This document shows, in pieces, positions 23,178 through 36,869 of a stretch of 64,000 nt of DNA (its first letter is position 1; every line of letters starts with the position of its first letter). The translations under genes and the position numbers were made by a program. The notes under the pieces are model-generated. The model made no database searches. It saw nothing but the letters and a program-made list of their open reading frames with translations, and was not told where the DNA came from. The stretch lies in the NCBI GenBank assembly GCA_963514005.1, contig OY740814.1, positions 15,934,001 to 15,998,000 on the forward strand. The letters run 5' to 3'. This DNA comes from Raja brachyura. Taxonomy: Eukaryota.

Positions 23178-24820
23178 GTAAGGAGAAATGGCTTTTTGAT
23201 CGATCCCTCTAGTCTTCATTACGAAGGATCCTTGACAATCTAGTTTGCCAATAGAGTTTTAATTTCCCTGGAGCTTTCAAAATGTCAGCTCTAGTTTAGA
23301 CAGTCAATGTCAAACCACTGTCACAGCTTGATGATATTGATGGATCCAAGCAGCAGGTCAAGGTCCATTGTCATAATCATAATTAGGAATTAAAACAAAG
23401 ATTGTAAGGGAAAGGAAGGGCCTAAGGCAGTTCTTGGGTAAGCACGAGTTCCGATCAGTAGGTTGTTTGAGGGTAATATCATCTGAGCTCAATGGCCTTC
23501 AGTGAGATGTAGATACAAGAGATTGCAGATGCTGAAATGTTAAGCAAAAATAAAACACTGCTGGAGGAATTCTGACGGTCAGGCAGCATGCGTGGAGGAA
23601 AATGGACAGATTACATTGAAGCATGACTTTTCTTTGGACTGAAGAAAAACTCTAACCGGATAAGTCATTTGTCCATTTTCCTCCAAGATACTGCCTGATA
23701 TGCTGAGCTCTTCCAGCAGTTTGTTCGGGGGATGTACTTTGGAATGGGATTAGACATTGAGCCTGTTCTGTCGTGTTGATCTATATCATAGTCATTTAGA
23801 ACAGAAGAGGCCCTTTGGCCCACAATGACTGTTACGCCGATCTATTCCAATTCCATTTGTCCCTCGTTAAGTCATGGCCTGTGCGTTGACAATTGAAACG
23901 CGATAACTGGTTAATTCAACAAAGTGCTTTGGTAGTTGATTTCTGTTTATATCTTCTCTGACCTGATTTCACTCTTCCTGTTGTACTTAATATAGACTTT
24001 CCCCAACCTATATTCATCTCTTGTTGCCTTGTTTCGATGATGTCTGAATCACACACAAGGACAAATTTGGTCATTTCTTTCTGCAGTTTTACACATCATC
24101 TTTCTCCCTCTACTTACTGCATGTATGTATATCCTACCTAGAGAATAATCTTTTCTCAATTCGCTTAGACATGCACAATCAAAGTCTCAGTTACCCAATG
24201 TCTGACATAATATTCAACACGGCATTCGTGTCGCTACAAGTCTGCACAACCAAACTCGCATTCACCCTTGCCGTTTCCCTCTCACCAAGTGACTCCTAAT
24301 GGTCCAAATCCAGTACCTGATTAGCAGAAATTGATTCCATCCAACTTTGGGTATGATTAAAACCATTTTCAAGGTCCCAGTAAGAAACCTCAGTTCATAG
24401 CCATCAATTCAGTTAAGCAATTCTTCCGTGTTGACAATCTTATCCTTAATTTCAAATCCCTCCATAATCTCACTCCTCTAATCTCCGACTACAATTCTCC
24501 AGAATCTCTGCACATCACCAACTTGGACCTCATGGTTCTCCAAGAACACATTTGCTGTACCGTAGCAACTACTGTATTTTCTTACTGCCTTCGTCTGTGT
24601 TAGCCCACACATGTCGATTAGAGTTTTTCCCAGCTCTAAAGATTAAACCAGAAGCTAAATACAGACTTTTACTTGAACCTTTCATAGCAAACACTGCTCA
24701 GTATTGACTCAGATTCAATTTGTAAATTGCCCCTGTAACATGATCCTCTGTATTACTTGTTTTCTGTTTTGACTGTCATTTCCTTAAAAAGTTGTCCGAT
24801 AGCTTATTAACCTTGACCGA

Positions 24821-25124
24821 GGACGGCACGGTGACGCAGCGATAGAGTTACTTTACAGCTCCGGAGACCTGGGTTCGATCCTGACTACAGGGGTTGTCTG
24901 TACGGAGTTTGTGTGTTTTCCCCGTGACTGCGAGGGTTTTCTCCTAGATCTAAGGTTTCCTCCCACACTCCAAAGACATACGTTTGTAGATTCATTGGCT
25001 TGATACAAGTGTAAATTGCCCCTAGTGTGTGTAGGATAATGTTAATATGTGGGAATCGCTGGTCGGTGCGGAATCGGTGGGCCAAAGGGCCTGTTTCTGC
25101 GCTGTATTTCTAAACTATACTAAA
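24821..25124 (+). mobile_element. HE1-like V-SINE, near full length
   Basis: tRNA-like head ggcacggtgacgcagcg...GGTTCGATCC, V-domain, tail gggcctgtttctgcgctgtatttctaaact. Confidence 0.85.
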
Positions 25125-25257
25125 TCTGAAGCATTACGTCCATTTGTCTTTTCAAAGACGCTGCCTGACCCGAATATTCCCAGCACTTTATTTTGGTTTT
25201 ATATTTCCAATATCCGCAGTCTTTAGCTATTTGATTGACATGCGTGTTGTTTTACAG

Positions 25258-25303
25258 TTGGAAATCTACATCTCTGAAGGGGCACACTCCACGGAGGAAG
25301 ATA
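25258..25303 (+). CDS. CIAO2A: CIAO2A exon 4 (46 nt)
   Basis: Acceptor ttttacag, donor A|GTAAGT. Encodes LEIYISEGAHSTEED. Confidence 0.97.
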
Positions 25304-26338
25304 GTAAGTATGTTTTAATTAGGCTTTGAGGGATTTGATTTTTATCAGTAAATTATGCTAAATGTCCCAGTCCACCCACGCTCCCTTCCCTAGTTTACAA
25401 ACAGTTGTTTATCATCACAGGTATAGGGCATTGAACAGAACTCTCCATTCTACAACTGCACGCTGCAGATTGCAATCGTGAACAATTTATTTTATGCATC
25501 ATTCAAGTAAACATTGTACCTCAAATCTTAAATCTGTCAGATTACTGCTCACCATTCAATACTTTGCAGTTAAATCTGGGGAAAATCATCAACTGAAGTC
25601 ATCTTGGATTTGTGTAATCCTAACTATTCAAATGGAGAAAAATGGAAATTAATGCCTACAAATAAACGTAAATAGCATGATTGTGGCACAGAAGGAGACC
25701 ACTCGCACCATCCGTCAGTACTGGCTCATCTTTGTTTTGTCAAAATTATCAGCTTTTAAGTTTGCCAACGTCGTTTTAATTACGTAGGAAGGAACTGCAG
25801 ATGCTGGTTTAAACCAAAGAAAAATAAATACATCTATATTTCAGTTGCTATCAGAAGGGCAAAATGGGGATTACAGATATCCTTGGTAAATAAGGCAAAA
25901 AAAATCCTAAAATGTTCTATGTATGCTGGGACTGGCCGAGGTAGGCATATCGATTGGCATGGACAATTTCGACCAAAGTTTCTATGCTTTATCATTATGA
26001 CACTAACATCATTGTTAGTAACTAAGTCGCATTAACCATTTGGAAAACAGGCTATTTATTGTGTTAGGGGTTGGTGAACAAGGTTCAGTACAGCTATAGC
26101 ACATTTTGTTCTCTGTTTGTTTTGAGAAGTGGGGTTGCCTGTAGCTTTTGGATTTGTCACCGCATAAATGTTGACATTGTTATATGTAGTGGGTGGCTTT
26201 CAGAAATCGGCTCCAATGCCCTGTACTGATGAGACAAAATATTGCTTTGGATATTTAGATTTGCTGCCGGCAGTTTTCACCTCATGTCCCATTATCCATT
26301 GCTGATTCTCCCTCATTTCTTCTTTTTTTAAAAAAAAG

Positions 26339-26439
26339 TTAACAAACAGATTAACGACAAGGAGCGAGTGGCAGCTGCCATGGAGAACCCAAATTTGCGG
26401 GAGATAGTGGAGCAGTGCGTTCTGGAGCCCGATGACTAG
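26339..26439 (+). CDS. CIAO2A: CIAO2A exon 5, stop TAG
   Basis: [33 protein letters not shown]. Exons sum to 124+165+50+46+101 = 486 nt, i.e. 161 aa plus stop. Confidence 0.97.
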
Positions 26440-26725
26440 CAACTGCCGGGCTCGCTGGGGAAAGGACTCATTGGTAGCCTGCAGTTCATCAGGTCTGCCA
26501 GTACAAGGACTGTCCACCGGGGGCTCCACTCTCTGCAACAAACTATAATGCACTGGCAACCATTTAAAAAACAATTCATCTTTGTTTGTATTCATGTTAT
26601 GTGATGAGATTTCCATATTATTTCTATTGTTTTACATTGAGAAATTCATGCAAAAGAGTCTCTTTTGATATACGTGGAAGTGAATGCATCAGAATATTGC
26701 TCCAATGCAAATTGAGTGTTCAATG

Positions 26726-26731
26726 ATTAAA
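26726..26731 (+). terminator. Candidate polyadenylation signal of CIAO2A (ATTAAA)
   Basis: ATTAAA about 290 nt after the stop codon in an AT-rich 3' UTR. Confidence 0.45.
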
Positions 26732-27169
26732 TCAATATTTTTATAGAATACAAGAGATAACACTGAAGAATGTCAGCCACTGAGCTGATTTGTCGTGATC
26801 CCCAGCAATGGGAGATGACAGGTATCGGACCCCTTTGGTCCCATCATGCCCAATCAAAGGGGAACGCACTCTCAGACACTTCTTACAAAGCTGTATGGTG
26901 GTTGAAAGAAAAGTTTAAAAATGCTATAAGTGTTCAGCAGGTTAGGCAGCATCTGTGGAGGGAGAAATAGTTAATGTTTCAAATAGCTGACCTTTCATCA
27001 GAACCTGCTGACTACTTCTCAGCATCCCAATTTCAGATCTGCAGTGTTTTATAGGCTCTATGGAGTGATGTGAAAGGATTGCAAGTGAATCTCATCCTTG
27101 TATCTTTATGGGATTTGATTCCTCAGAGGCCTGGGTCCAGCCACTGTATCCGACCTTATGGGAACAGAT

Positions 27170-27238
27170 TATATATACTATATATCACTGTATATACTAT
27201 ATATCACTGTATACACTATATATACTATATATCACTGG
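27170..27238. repeat. Minisatellite, unit TATATACTATATATCACTG (19 bp), about 3 copies
   Basis: Direct tandem repeats visible in the sequence. Confidence 0.8.
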
Positions 27239-30200
27239 CCTAAGTGCTCTGTGAGCCATCTTCCTGGTTCCAGTTCTTGGTACCCCTCAGGGTCTCCCAG
27301 TGCTAGCGGAACAGCTAGCTGCTGACAAGGAATGGTTAATTTCCCAACCTTCAAAGATATAGGCAGTGACATTACCAGAGAACTAATATAAAGCTTGATA
27401 CCAAATGATGGCATTGAAGCATACCTTAACACAGGGTCGTTTTGCATCTTAAACCCCACACATTGTGCTTGCAATACAGAAGTGGCCAAATGGCATGTGG
27501 ATGCTGACATTTGAGACGCATTTCCACAGATGTCACGATTGAGCCCAGGTCTGTCGACAGGGGCTACTGGATGGCAATCAAAAGCAGGGATTTACCCCTC
27601 AATCCAGGAGCAATGATACCAATGGTCCTCCCCCAACAGGAACTGGGACCTCCCAATCTTCGTGACTTGCTCGTACTGACCGAGTTACATGGCTCAGATG
27701 CTTCAAACTGAAAGGGCTTTTCCCCACCAGGTTAGCACACACTCAGGTGGTGTTTGTGTCTTCAGCAATTAGTAGAACTGAACTTCCTGCCATCCAAGTA
27801 CATTGTCTTCCTTCCCCGTTTTACACTTGCGTTTCAACTTTTGTCATTGAACAGTAGATGAAGCCCCACTTGGTGCAGAACTGCACCTTCGTGTATACAG
27901 CGTTCCCATCAACCCATCAATACCTGTTGGCTGTTTGTCTCAACTATCCTGTGTATGGCTGTCAGTTCTATATTTTTGTAGGTCTGAGCATTCAGTTTTG
28001 AATGGTTTACCTGCAGGGGTTTCTATCAATTTGGGATTAAAGATGCTTTGCACTGAGCCATGGTTTCAATGTAATTACATTGGGAGTATTTTCCAACTCA
28101 GTAACTTCCAAGATATGTCACATCTGCTTATTTTAGATTGAGTTTCTAAATCCTACTTACTGAAGGGATTGCAAACCCATGTCTCACTGTTCTGTGGTGC
28201 CATTTAATATTACAGCCTGATCTTCTAACTTTAACTCCACCTCCCGTGTGGAGCTCAGTATCCATATCAGTCTTTGGTATATTCAACAATCACCCACAGC
28301 CCCAGAGGCTGGAGAATTCCAAGGATTCCAAGACATTTCTCATCCTGACTTCTAGCCAGAAATAAACATTGTACCCGCAATCCTTCTGCAACCAAGATTC
28401 TTTCTATTCATTGTTCCTTCATTTGTTCTCTCCATCTAATTCTTGGTCATTATGACGCCTCTATCCCAACACTTGAACCCAAATATCATCAACACATTTC
28501 ATTTCATACAAAGAATGGTTTGTGCCCAGAATTCACTACCTCAAAAGGCTACATTTGCTTACATTTGTACATGTAAACACCTCAATGCCCTTCAGTAATG
28601 CCAGCCAATAAAATTCAATCCCAATCCATGCAAGGAGAACATTTGGAGCAGATGTCCAGAAGCTTGTTTAAAGGATTAAAGAGTTTGTTGAAGGGTAGAA
28701 AGGACAGAGAGAAATTTAGGGAGGAAATGAAAGGGATTAGGGCTGGTTTAAGTGAAGACATGGCCTCCAAAGCTGATGAAAAAGTCCAGGAGGAACAAGA
28801 GGTTAGGGTTAGAGTGTTAGTGGTTAGAGTGACAACAAAGGGTTGTAGAACTGGGGAACGGTTGAGGGGTTAGCGATTACAGAAGGATGTAAGAGTAGGG
28901 TTGAGGATAGAGGCTTTTACAGAACCACCTGCAGTTGGGTCCTGAAACCACACTATTGATGTTATGAACCACTGTTTCAATGGAAAAAAAACTTGGAGCA
29001 ACTCAGGTCAGGCAGCATTTATGGAGGAAATGAACAGACGCCATTTCGATTTGGGACTCTTCTTCAGCAGACTGATTTATGCTCACAATTCCAGTATCTG
29101 CAGTCACTTGTGTCATCATTGATTCAATGGAATGGTTTTGTTGTTTTCTTTGTGTGTCCCACTATGATCCAATAAAGTACCTTTCCCTCAGTGAGGAGTT
29201 GTTATACTCTATCGTTTGTAAGTTCATAACAGCACTGCACCCCATTGCTTGCTCTCTTGATTTCCATCTGTAGAGTGGTTTCCCCAGTTAACCCCAGAAC
29301 ACAATTGGGAAAGTTTGGAAATCTTTGATGCTATCTCTGAATTTATGTTTCCCCATAGAAGTAGACATTTTACCCCTTCCCCAATCTTTGGACATCCCCA
29401 ATACTTTTCCACTCGTCACTTTAAAATTCCTCTATCTTGTGTTTTACGACTGTTGGCAGATCAATTTCCCTCCTGGGATAAATAAAGTTCTATCGTCTTG
29501 CAACTAATATTTATTTTTCTCCCACTTTAATTTTCAATTTGGGAAATTATATTTATGAAAATATGCATTGAAACAGACTGGTTCTCAGCTGTAATCCACT
29601 ACTGAACAAGTTAAGTGTTCAGATTTATAAAACAACTAATCCACCATCCACCGCCCATCCAAATCCCAGTTAAGAGCCACCCTTCTCTCTTGTGGGGAGA
29701 CAGACCAAGTGTGGAATAGGTAGACAGCTAATTAGTTAAACAGACATGTGTTGACTCAGGTGCTGGAGCTTGATTTACTGAACTGCCACTGGCCTAATAA
29801 ATTGTTTAAACGTGTGGTGACTTCCCTATGTCTCTATCGGATGTCAAGGCCATCGATCATTAGCAACTGGGAATAGATATCGCATTGAAACTCCTGGTAT
29901 TGTCTTTCCTAAACTTTTTAACAACTCTGTGTCCCTTTATTGTGCTTTTGAGAAGTGTGGTTGGACTCGCTTTGAATTTGTTTGCTGACGTTAATCCTGT
30001 CACTTTTATTTGATTGCATTTTCCCTCCTAGCTGTTAGGGGCAAAATCCCAGGCAAAGGTGACTCAGTAAATAAGACTGGAATCCCTAAAATGTAGCAGG
30101 TTAAGGACAGATTTGATTTTTAGGATTTTGGAAAGAATTGAGAAGATAAATGAGTTGGTTTTTTTCCGGCTGCACGCCAAGACCACTATGGAGTTTTAAA

Positions 30201-31585
30201 ATCAGTGGCAGTCCTTCAGAGAGGATCAACAACATTTTGAGAGCTAACATCAGCAGGGAAGAGGTTAGTCCACCAAAGTTGAATGACACTGCCCTTTTCT
30301 GCAGATTTAATGGTTGAGAATGGCACAGAATGAGTGAAGGGCTACATGTTCAAAGGGGTGAGATTGGAGTGGGGATGGTCGATGTAACAGCAGCAGTTGG
30401 TAATGAAAATGTGGAGAGATGGTACAAGGCTGGCAGGAGGTGTCCATGAGGAAGTGTTGGAAATAGGAGAAAGAATATTCGGTAGGAGGACAAAGATTCC
30501 TTGTCAAAGAAATCGGTGCAGAGGCAACAGAAGAGGAGAAGAACCTCATGGTGGGCTCAGAAGTCATTGAGGAATGGGTGCAGGGCTCTAAAGGCAAGGC
30601 TTCCATAGACCAAACCAGTACGCTAAATTCCAAATGTGGTCTGACCAGCCCTAAAGTAATTGTAATGTACTGTGTAAAGAACATAACATTCCCATCTCTT
30701 GGTTTATACCAGGTTGTCCTAGCCACACTGTCGAAATTCGAAATATGTGGGCTGGCACATAAACTAAGCTAAACACATAACCCAAGGGTGTAGTCCTCTC
30801 CTGATCTCCTAATCTACCTTGTCATTACCATTGCAATTTTGCTCATTTGCACTTTCACCAACTGTAAAACTTTTTTTGCACTCTAGATATTTCTCCTTTT
30901 GTACTCTTTGTACTTGTGTATAACCCGATTGTATTTGTGGATAATATTATTTGATTGGATAGTGCACAAACAAATGTTAACTGTATCTTGCTACACATGA
31001 TCATAATAGAACACCATGTTGAGCACACAGCTCCACATTAAATCCTGACCTGTATGTCTGAGGTTTGCACATTCTCCCCCTGACCAGTTTTCTCCTGGTG
31101 ATCTAGTTTCCTCCCAGATCTTAAAAATGTGTGGGTTGGTAGGTTAATAAGCCTTTGTATTTTTCCCCTGATGTGTAGGCAAGTGGTGGAATCTGGGGAG
31201 TATTGATGGGTATGTGGAGAGAATAAAATGGATTGAGGTATTATTGGAAGAACGATCAAGCAGCCATCAATGCGACTTTGCGGGCTGAAGGGGCACTTTC
31301 TATGCTTTGACTCAGTTTCAGAAATAAATTGTTCCCGTTTGTTTCAGACATGCAACACAATCTGGGACTTCAATGAAAGTCAACTCCAGAAGTGTGCAAA
31401 CACGACTGCACTCAGAGGAAGAATTTAGTCTGAAGGAAAGGGAAGAAGGCAAACAGTGGATTTGCAATATAACATTGCTAGTTCTATTTATACAAAGAAC
31501 ATGGAAATATATTAATTTCATTACAGCCTTGTAAGCACTCTTGGTATTCATTAATCTAAGGAATCCAGAGTAGAAGTAGATATTC

Positions 31586-31778
31586 AAACTGAAATTACAC
31601 AGGCTCTGTGAGTTTCCTCTTTAGGCTATATTGAATCCTCATTTTTCACTTCTCATTACTTTCAGTTCAGCTGTTTTTCCAGCTGTTTCCCTGTGTGGGC
31701 ATCTCCACATCTGTTGTACATTGGAGTTTCATAGTTTGTTGCATTTTCTGGGAAGGAGCGAGGGGGGAGGGGAATCCC
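31586..31778. promoter_or_regulatory. Candidate interferon/NF-kB-responsive element cluster
   Basis: IRF-type AANNGAAA sites near 31587, 31643 and 31659, GAS TTCTGGGAA at 31746-31754, kB GGGGAATCCC at 31769-31778. Confidence 0.4.
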
Positions 31779-33288
31779 TTCAAGACGTTTTCTGCTGCAG
31801 CTCAGGAAACTTCTGTAATCACGGAGGCAGAAGCAGCTGCTCAGGGGATCAATGAACAGCAACGTATTTAGTAAAGGACAAAGGCTTTACTTCTTAAAGC
31901 TTTCTGTGTATGGAGCCCATTCAGCAAGCAGCCCAAACATTGCAGTACAATGCTTCACAAGTTGTGGGGCACACTTTGTGCATTATTGCCCAAGACATAC
32001 CTGTAATATCTCCCTTTTGCTCTCGTTAGGCCAGCCTCCAGAGAGCTCGTTTTAAACAATTTCACTATACAGATACCCAAACTATTCAAGAACGATTTTC
32101 CTTACAACAGCCAATGTGTTCCAGGAGGAGACACAGGAGTGTAGTGCTATGTTGGCTCGGTCCAAGGGTTTGTTTAAGGAATGTCTCTTCCACATGGGAG
32201 AGAACGTGGGAAGGAATTTCAGAGAATCAAGCTTGATCCTGGCGTGGATTCTCACGACATTATAATGCCCACCATTTACCTGGCAATGAGTTTGCATACC
32301 TCCGCTATGCAAGGAACCGCATTCAATGCTCTGCCTAATATCTCTGTAGAGCGATCACAGCTAACCTCCTCTACAATGCTCCAGTGAAGTACCCCATGTT
32401 GAGGAGACTGGAGTACATCCAAATCGGAGGAGGAATCAGCATGTGACCAGTGTGGGCTCAAGGATGAAGGATTGGGTATCACTTGCCTTCCCAAGACTAA
32501 GGTCTTGTGGGATCAGCTGGTGGGTACACTGCCTGCAGCTGGGGCCAAATAACACCGACCCAGATCTGAACCCAGTCATGGGTGGTCTCAACAGCTCGGA
32601 TACACCCTTCAAATGCAAGGTCATTGGCAGGTCCCAGCGAAGTGAAGCTGGGAGACTGATTGAAACCACACTCGTTAAACCCAAACCTCTGATTGAATTG
32701 GTTTGCCTTGCTTGAGCCTGTTGCACAAGCCCCTCAAAACTAACAATATTCCCAATAAAACCGTCAGCTACACAGAGACTGAAACTGACCAGATGTCTCC
32801 CGTGACCTGCAGTGGCTTTAGGCTACTGCCTCGGTTTAGTGACATCGTTTTTGGCTCAGCAGGATTAATGACATTCAATGACAGGTGTGGTGTGAGTGCC
32901 AGTCTCAGATCCCAGAGGAGTAAACAGATCAACTGAAAACCCTCAGGGAAACATACAATGCAATTAAGCCTAATGAAGGAAACAGAGGAAACGTTTTAAC
33001 ACCAAGCGCTGGAGGCCCACTGTGGACTGGTGATCTCTCTCAGTAACTGGATCATAAAGGATGAAGTATTAAACAAAGTTCATTTCCTGTCACAGCTGAT
33101 TGTGCTACTGCAGTCTGCGCATCAAGGTAATAGGCTCTGGATTTTGGGCTGAAGACTTGGTGACCAGGACTTTCTACATCAGGGGGCTGTGCTTTCGCCC
33201 CACTTCAGATAATGGAGCATAGAGTTAAGGTTGGGGGGGGGGGGGTAGCTACTCTGTCAGTGCAGATATTCCCTCCACCCCCCCCAAA

Positions 33289-33566
33289 GACGGCACAGCG
33301 GTAGATAGAGTTGCTGCTTCACATAGTCAGATACACAGGTTCGATCCATCTCTGCAAGTAGTTTGTATATTCTCCCCATGACCTGCGTGGGTTTTCTCCA
33401 GGTGCTCTGGTTTCCTCCCACACTACAAAGATGTACAGGTTTGTAGGTTAATTGGCTTGGTATAATTGTAAATTGTTCCTAGCTTTAGTGCACGTGGATC
33501 ATCGGTCAGTGTGGACTCGGTGGGCCAAAGGGCCAGTTTCCGCGATGTATCTTCAAACTAAATAAA
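33289..33566 (+). mobile_element. HE1-like V-SINE
   Basis: Same head, V-domain and tail organisation as 24821-25124. Confidence 0.8.
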
Positions 33567-36500
33567 GCTGCCACTAAGATCCCTGCTGCCTTCATTTGGG
33601 GGTCTCGTGTTGTGGACAAATTAGCTGCTGCACTGCCAACATTTAGTTTAGTATTGTCACATGTACCGAGGTACAGTGAAAAGCTTTTGTTGCGTGCTAT
33701 CCAGTCAAAGAAAAGACTAGCCATTGTTACAATCAAGCGTACAAATCAGTGTACAGATACAGCATAAAGAGAACAATTTAAAAGATAGTTCAAAGGTCTC
33801 TAATGAGGTAGATGGGTGGTCAGGACGACACTAGCAGGTGAGAGGACTATGAAAGGGACTATCTCTTAAAGGACGAGAACAAATGAATCAACTGTGGCAG
33901 TCAGAAGCAGATTATACTTCTTTGCCCAAGTTACAAGTTGCTACTAGCAGGGCTAATGGACGTGCCCAACAGGTTAGGCTGTACTAATGGAGACAACATC
34001 TGAGCCAACATTACAGATAGACGACTGGCAGAAATGTAATTGTGCTTCCCTGTCAGGGAATCACACCTGAAATGTTGACCGGTTTTCCTTCCACAGATGC
34101 AGATGTTAGCATTTCTAATTATTGCATCTGCAGTTAGTTTCCTTTTCAAAATCGTGGTAAATCTCCCCAGCACCCACTTTACTGGAGAAAGCATCTCATA
34201 ATTCCTCACTACGAAAGATACACAGAAATAGGTTCTTCAAATAGGAGAGGGTGGACCTGTTGACCCCAAATGTCTAGAGAAAGTAAATTAGAAAAAGCCA
34301 AGGTTCCTCAACATGGAGCAAAACAACATAGGAACAGGCCCTTCAGCCCAACTCGTTGCTGAACAAATTTACATATTGGGCTGATCCCACTTCCCTGCAT
34401 TTGCCCACGGCCCTCTGAACTCTTCATATTCATATATCTGTCCAAATTTATTTTAAAAGTTGTAATTGTATCCACTTCTGTAGCACTTAAAGAAACCATT
34501 TTCCCATTTCAGAGACAGACCAGGGAAAGATGCCTTTCAGCTTAACAGCTGTGCCTTTTAGTTTAATAGCTGCTGTGTCTGGTATTGTAAAGAAAAGTGA
34601 AATACCTCACAAAGCATAATTAACAGCAGTATGACGTCCATCCCATTCCTATTATTTATTCCCTTCCAGTGAATTATCATTATTTAGCTCAGCGATGAGT
34701 GGGCAGTATAATGCATGTCCTACACTGCTCACTGTGTAATGACATTCTCATTGTTTGATAATGGACTTTTAAGGAAAGAAGATTATCAAAGAACGAAGAA
34801 TATCAAATGATCATATTCAGATTCTCTCAAGAATTGGGTCAAAGTTTGAGAGCATGAAAATGGAAGGAGATTGAAACTTTAATCCAATCAATAACAAAGA
34901 ACAAGTAAAGTTTCTCAAGTTTTGATGACTCATTGAAGTCCAAAGCATGGAAGTAGGTACAGACGTCCAACTCAATCTGTGTTCCCACACTTTCCCAGTA
35001 ACCCAACAGTATTCATTTTTTCATATTCACCAGGACACCATGGCAATGCCAGGTAAATTGACATGGGCATTAATCAGGTGACATAGACCAGGAAAGCATT
35101 CTGCTATAATTCCAAGTCGTATTCAGATCTCTCCAACTGATCCTCATGGACGGGTGGAAGGTCAGCCTGGGTTTTAAGGCAGTATAGGTGCTGTAGGATC
35201 TTGTGTGGATGGAAAGACAGAAGATCTCCAAAACAGAGCCCCTCTCCCCCCAGGCCTCCCCTCAGCCCCGCTCCAATGGGCTATTCCTAGATCAGGAACC
35301 AACACTCACATCCTCCAGGGAACTCTCCAAATCGGCTTTTGGTGGGAATCTTCCTTTGCACGAACAAAGCACAACACACACCTCATTCCCACAGTAGGTG
35401 CCCAATGAACACAAAGGAGATAACGTTGGGTGGGGCTCCCTCTGCACAGCATTTGGAAATCTTGAATCCAGCCTTGAAACACCAGGACATCCACATATAA
35501 AACAGATTGTCAAGGCGTCACCTTTGCCCGAGTGAACGATTCAGTGTTTCCAGAGTAATCAGGACCACGGGAGCTCCGTTAGATTGAAGGGTGATCGCTC
35601 AGGCACTGCCAGGTAGCTTTGTGAAGGGGTGGGAGGAGAAAAACAATGCCATGCGGGATGTCAGATCAATCAAAAGTACACCACTTGCAATCTGGTACCT
35701 CCAGCGGAGAGCACAACATTACCATGGGAGAAAGGAGTGCGCCTAGCTCGGAGAACTCCACACATTTACGCCTCGCCTACCCTTCTACAAGTTGGGCTGC
35801 CTAAACCCAACATCCCTTCAACACCCACCCAACCTCTAACATCCTCCAGCCCCACGATCCTGACCCAGAACGCTATTCCCCCATTTACTCCCAGTCTGCA
35901 GAAGGGTCTCGACCCGAAACGTCGCCCATCTCCTTTGCTCCTTAGGTGCTGCTGCACCCGCTGAGTTTCTCCAGCTTTTTGTGTACTCCACAGTTTCAAT
36001 CACCGGTGTATTAAATCAGCTCAGGGCATCACACAGAGTACCACAGGGATGGAAGACTTTGAAGGGAGTGCAGAGGATTCAGCAGAATGGTCCCAAGAAT
36101 GCCAGTGGAGTGGCCCCGAGGAGAGGTCAGGCCCACCGAGGATAAAGATAAGGGCAACTCATGCAGTCTGAGAGATACAGCACAGAAACAGGATATTGCC
36201 AATAGCTGTCCACAGACGCAAACATCCACATACACACTAGGTGCAATATACAGTGGCCAATTAACCCACATTTTTGATATGTGTGAGGAAACCAATGTGT
36301 TCACAGGGAGATCATACAAACTCCATACAGGTAACACCCGAGGACAGGATTGAACCCAGGTCTGGCAGTGACTCTACCAGCTGCACCACTCCAACAAAGG
36401 CATTCAAAACCAGCTGAAGGGTCTCGACTCGAAACATCACCCATAACTTCTCTTCAGAAATGCTTCCATCAATGCTTGGAGTTGTGTTGTGCAACACACC

Positions 36501-36869
36501 GTTTTAAATGGCAGAGGATGTTGATCTGGTGAGAAATCTCAAAAGGGGGTGTATGAAACTAAAGAGCGCTGGCAGGAATTTGAGACACAACTGGACAAAT
36601 GCCCTCACTCTTGGATAATGAGTAATGGTTGTTTACTGCAACTAACAGGCGGGGGCAGTAGAGAGCCACAGAGGAAAATCAGATTTTAATCAGTAATCAT
36701 CTTCTTTAAACATTTAACCTTAATCCCAGAAGAACTATTTGAACCATTGTGAATTTTATAATGCAATGTTCAGTTTAGCCACATAGCCTAGATTCCCGAA
36801 TAATCCAAGTGTTCAATAGATGCTGCTTGTGAAGCTATTTCACCGACATCGCAGCCCAACGTACACACA

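Noticed and set aside
26440-26760. Iron-responsive element in the CIAO2A 3' UTR
   Set aside because: No CAGUGN-loop hairpin seen.
27170-27238. CRISPR-like repeat array
   Set aside because: Simple AT-rich tandem minisatellite without unique spacers, in a vertebrate genome.
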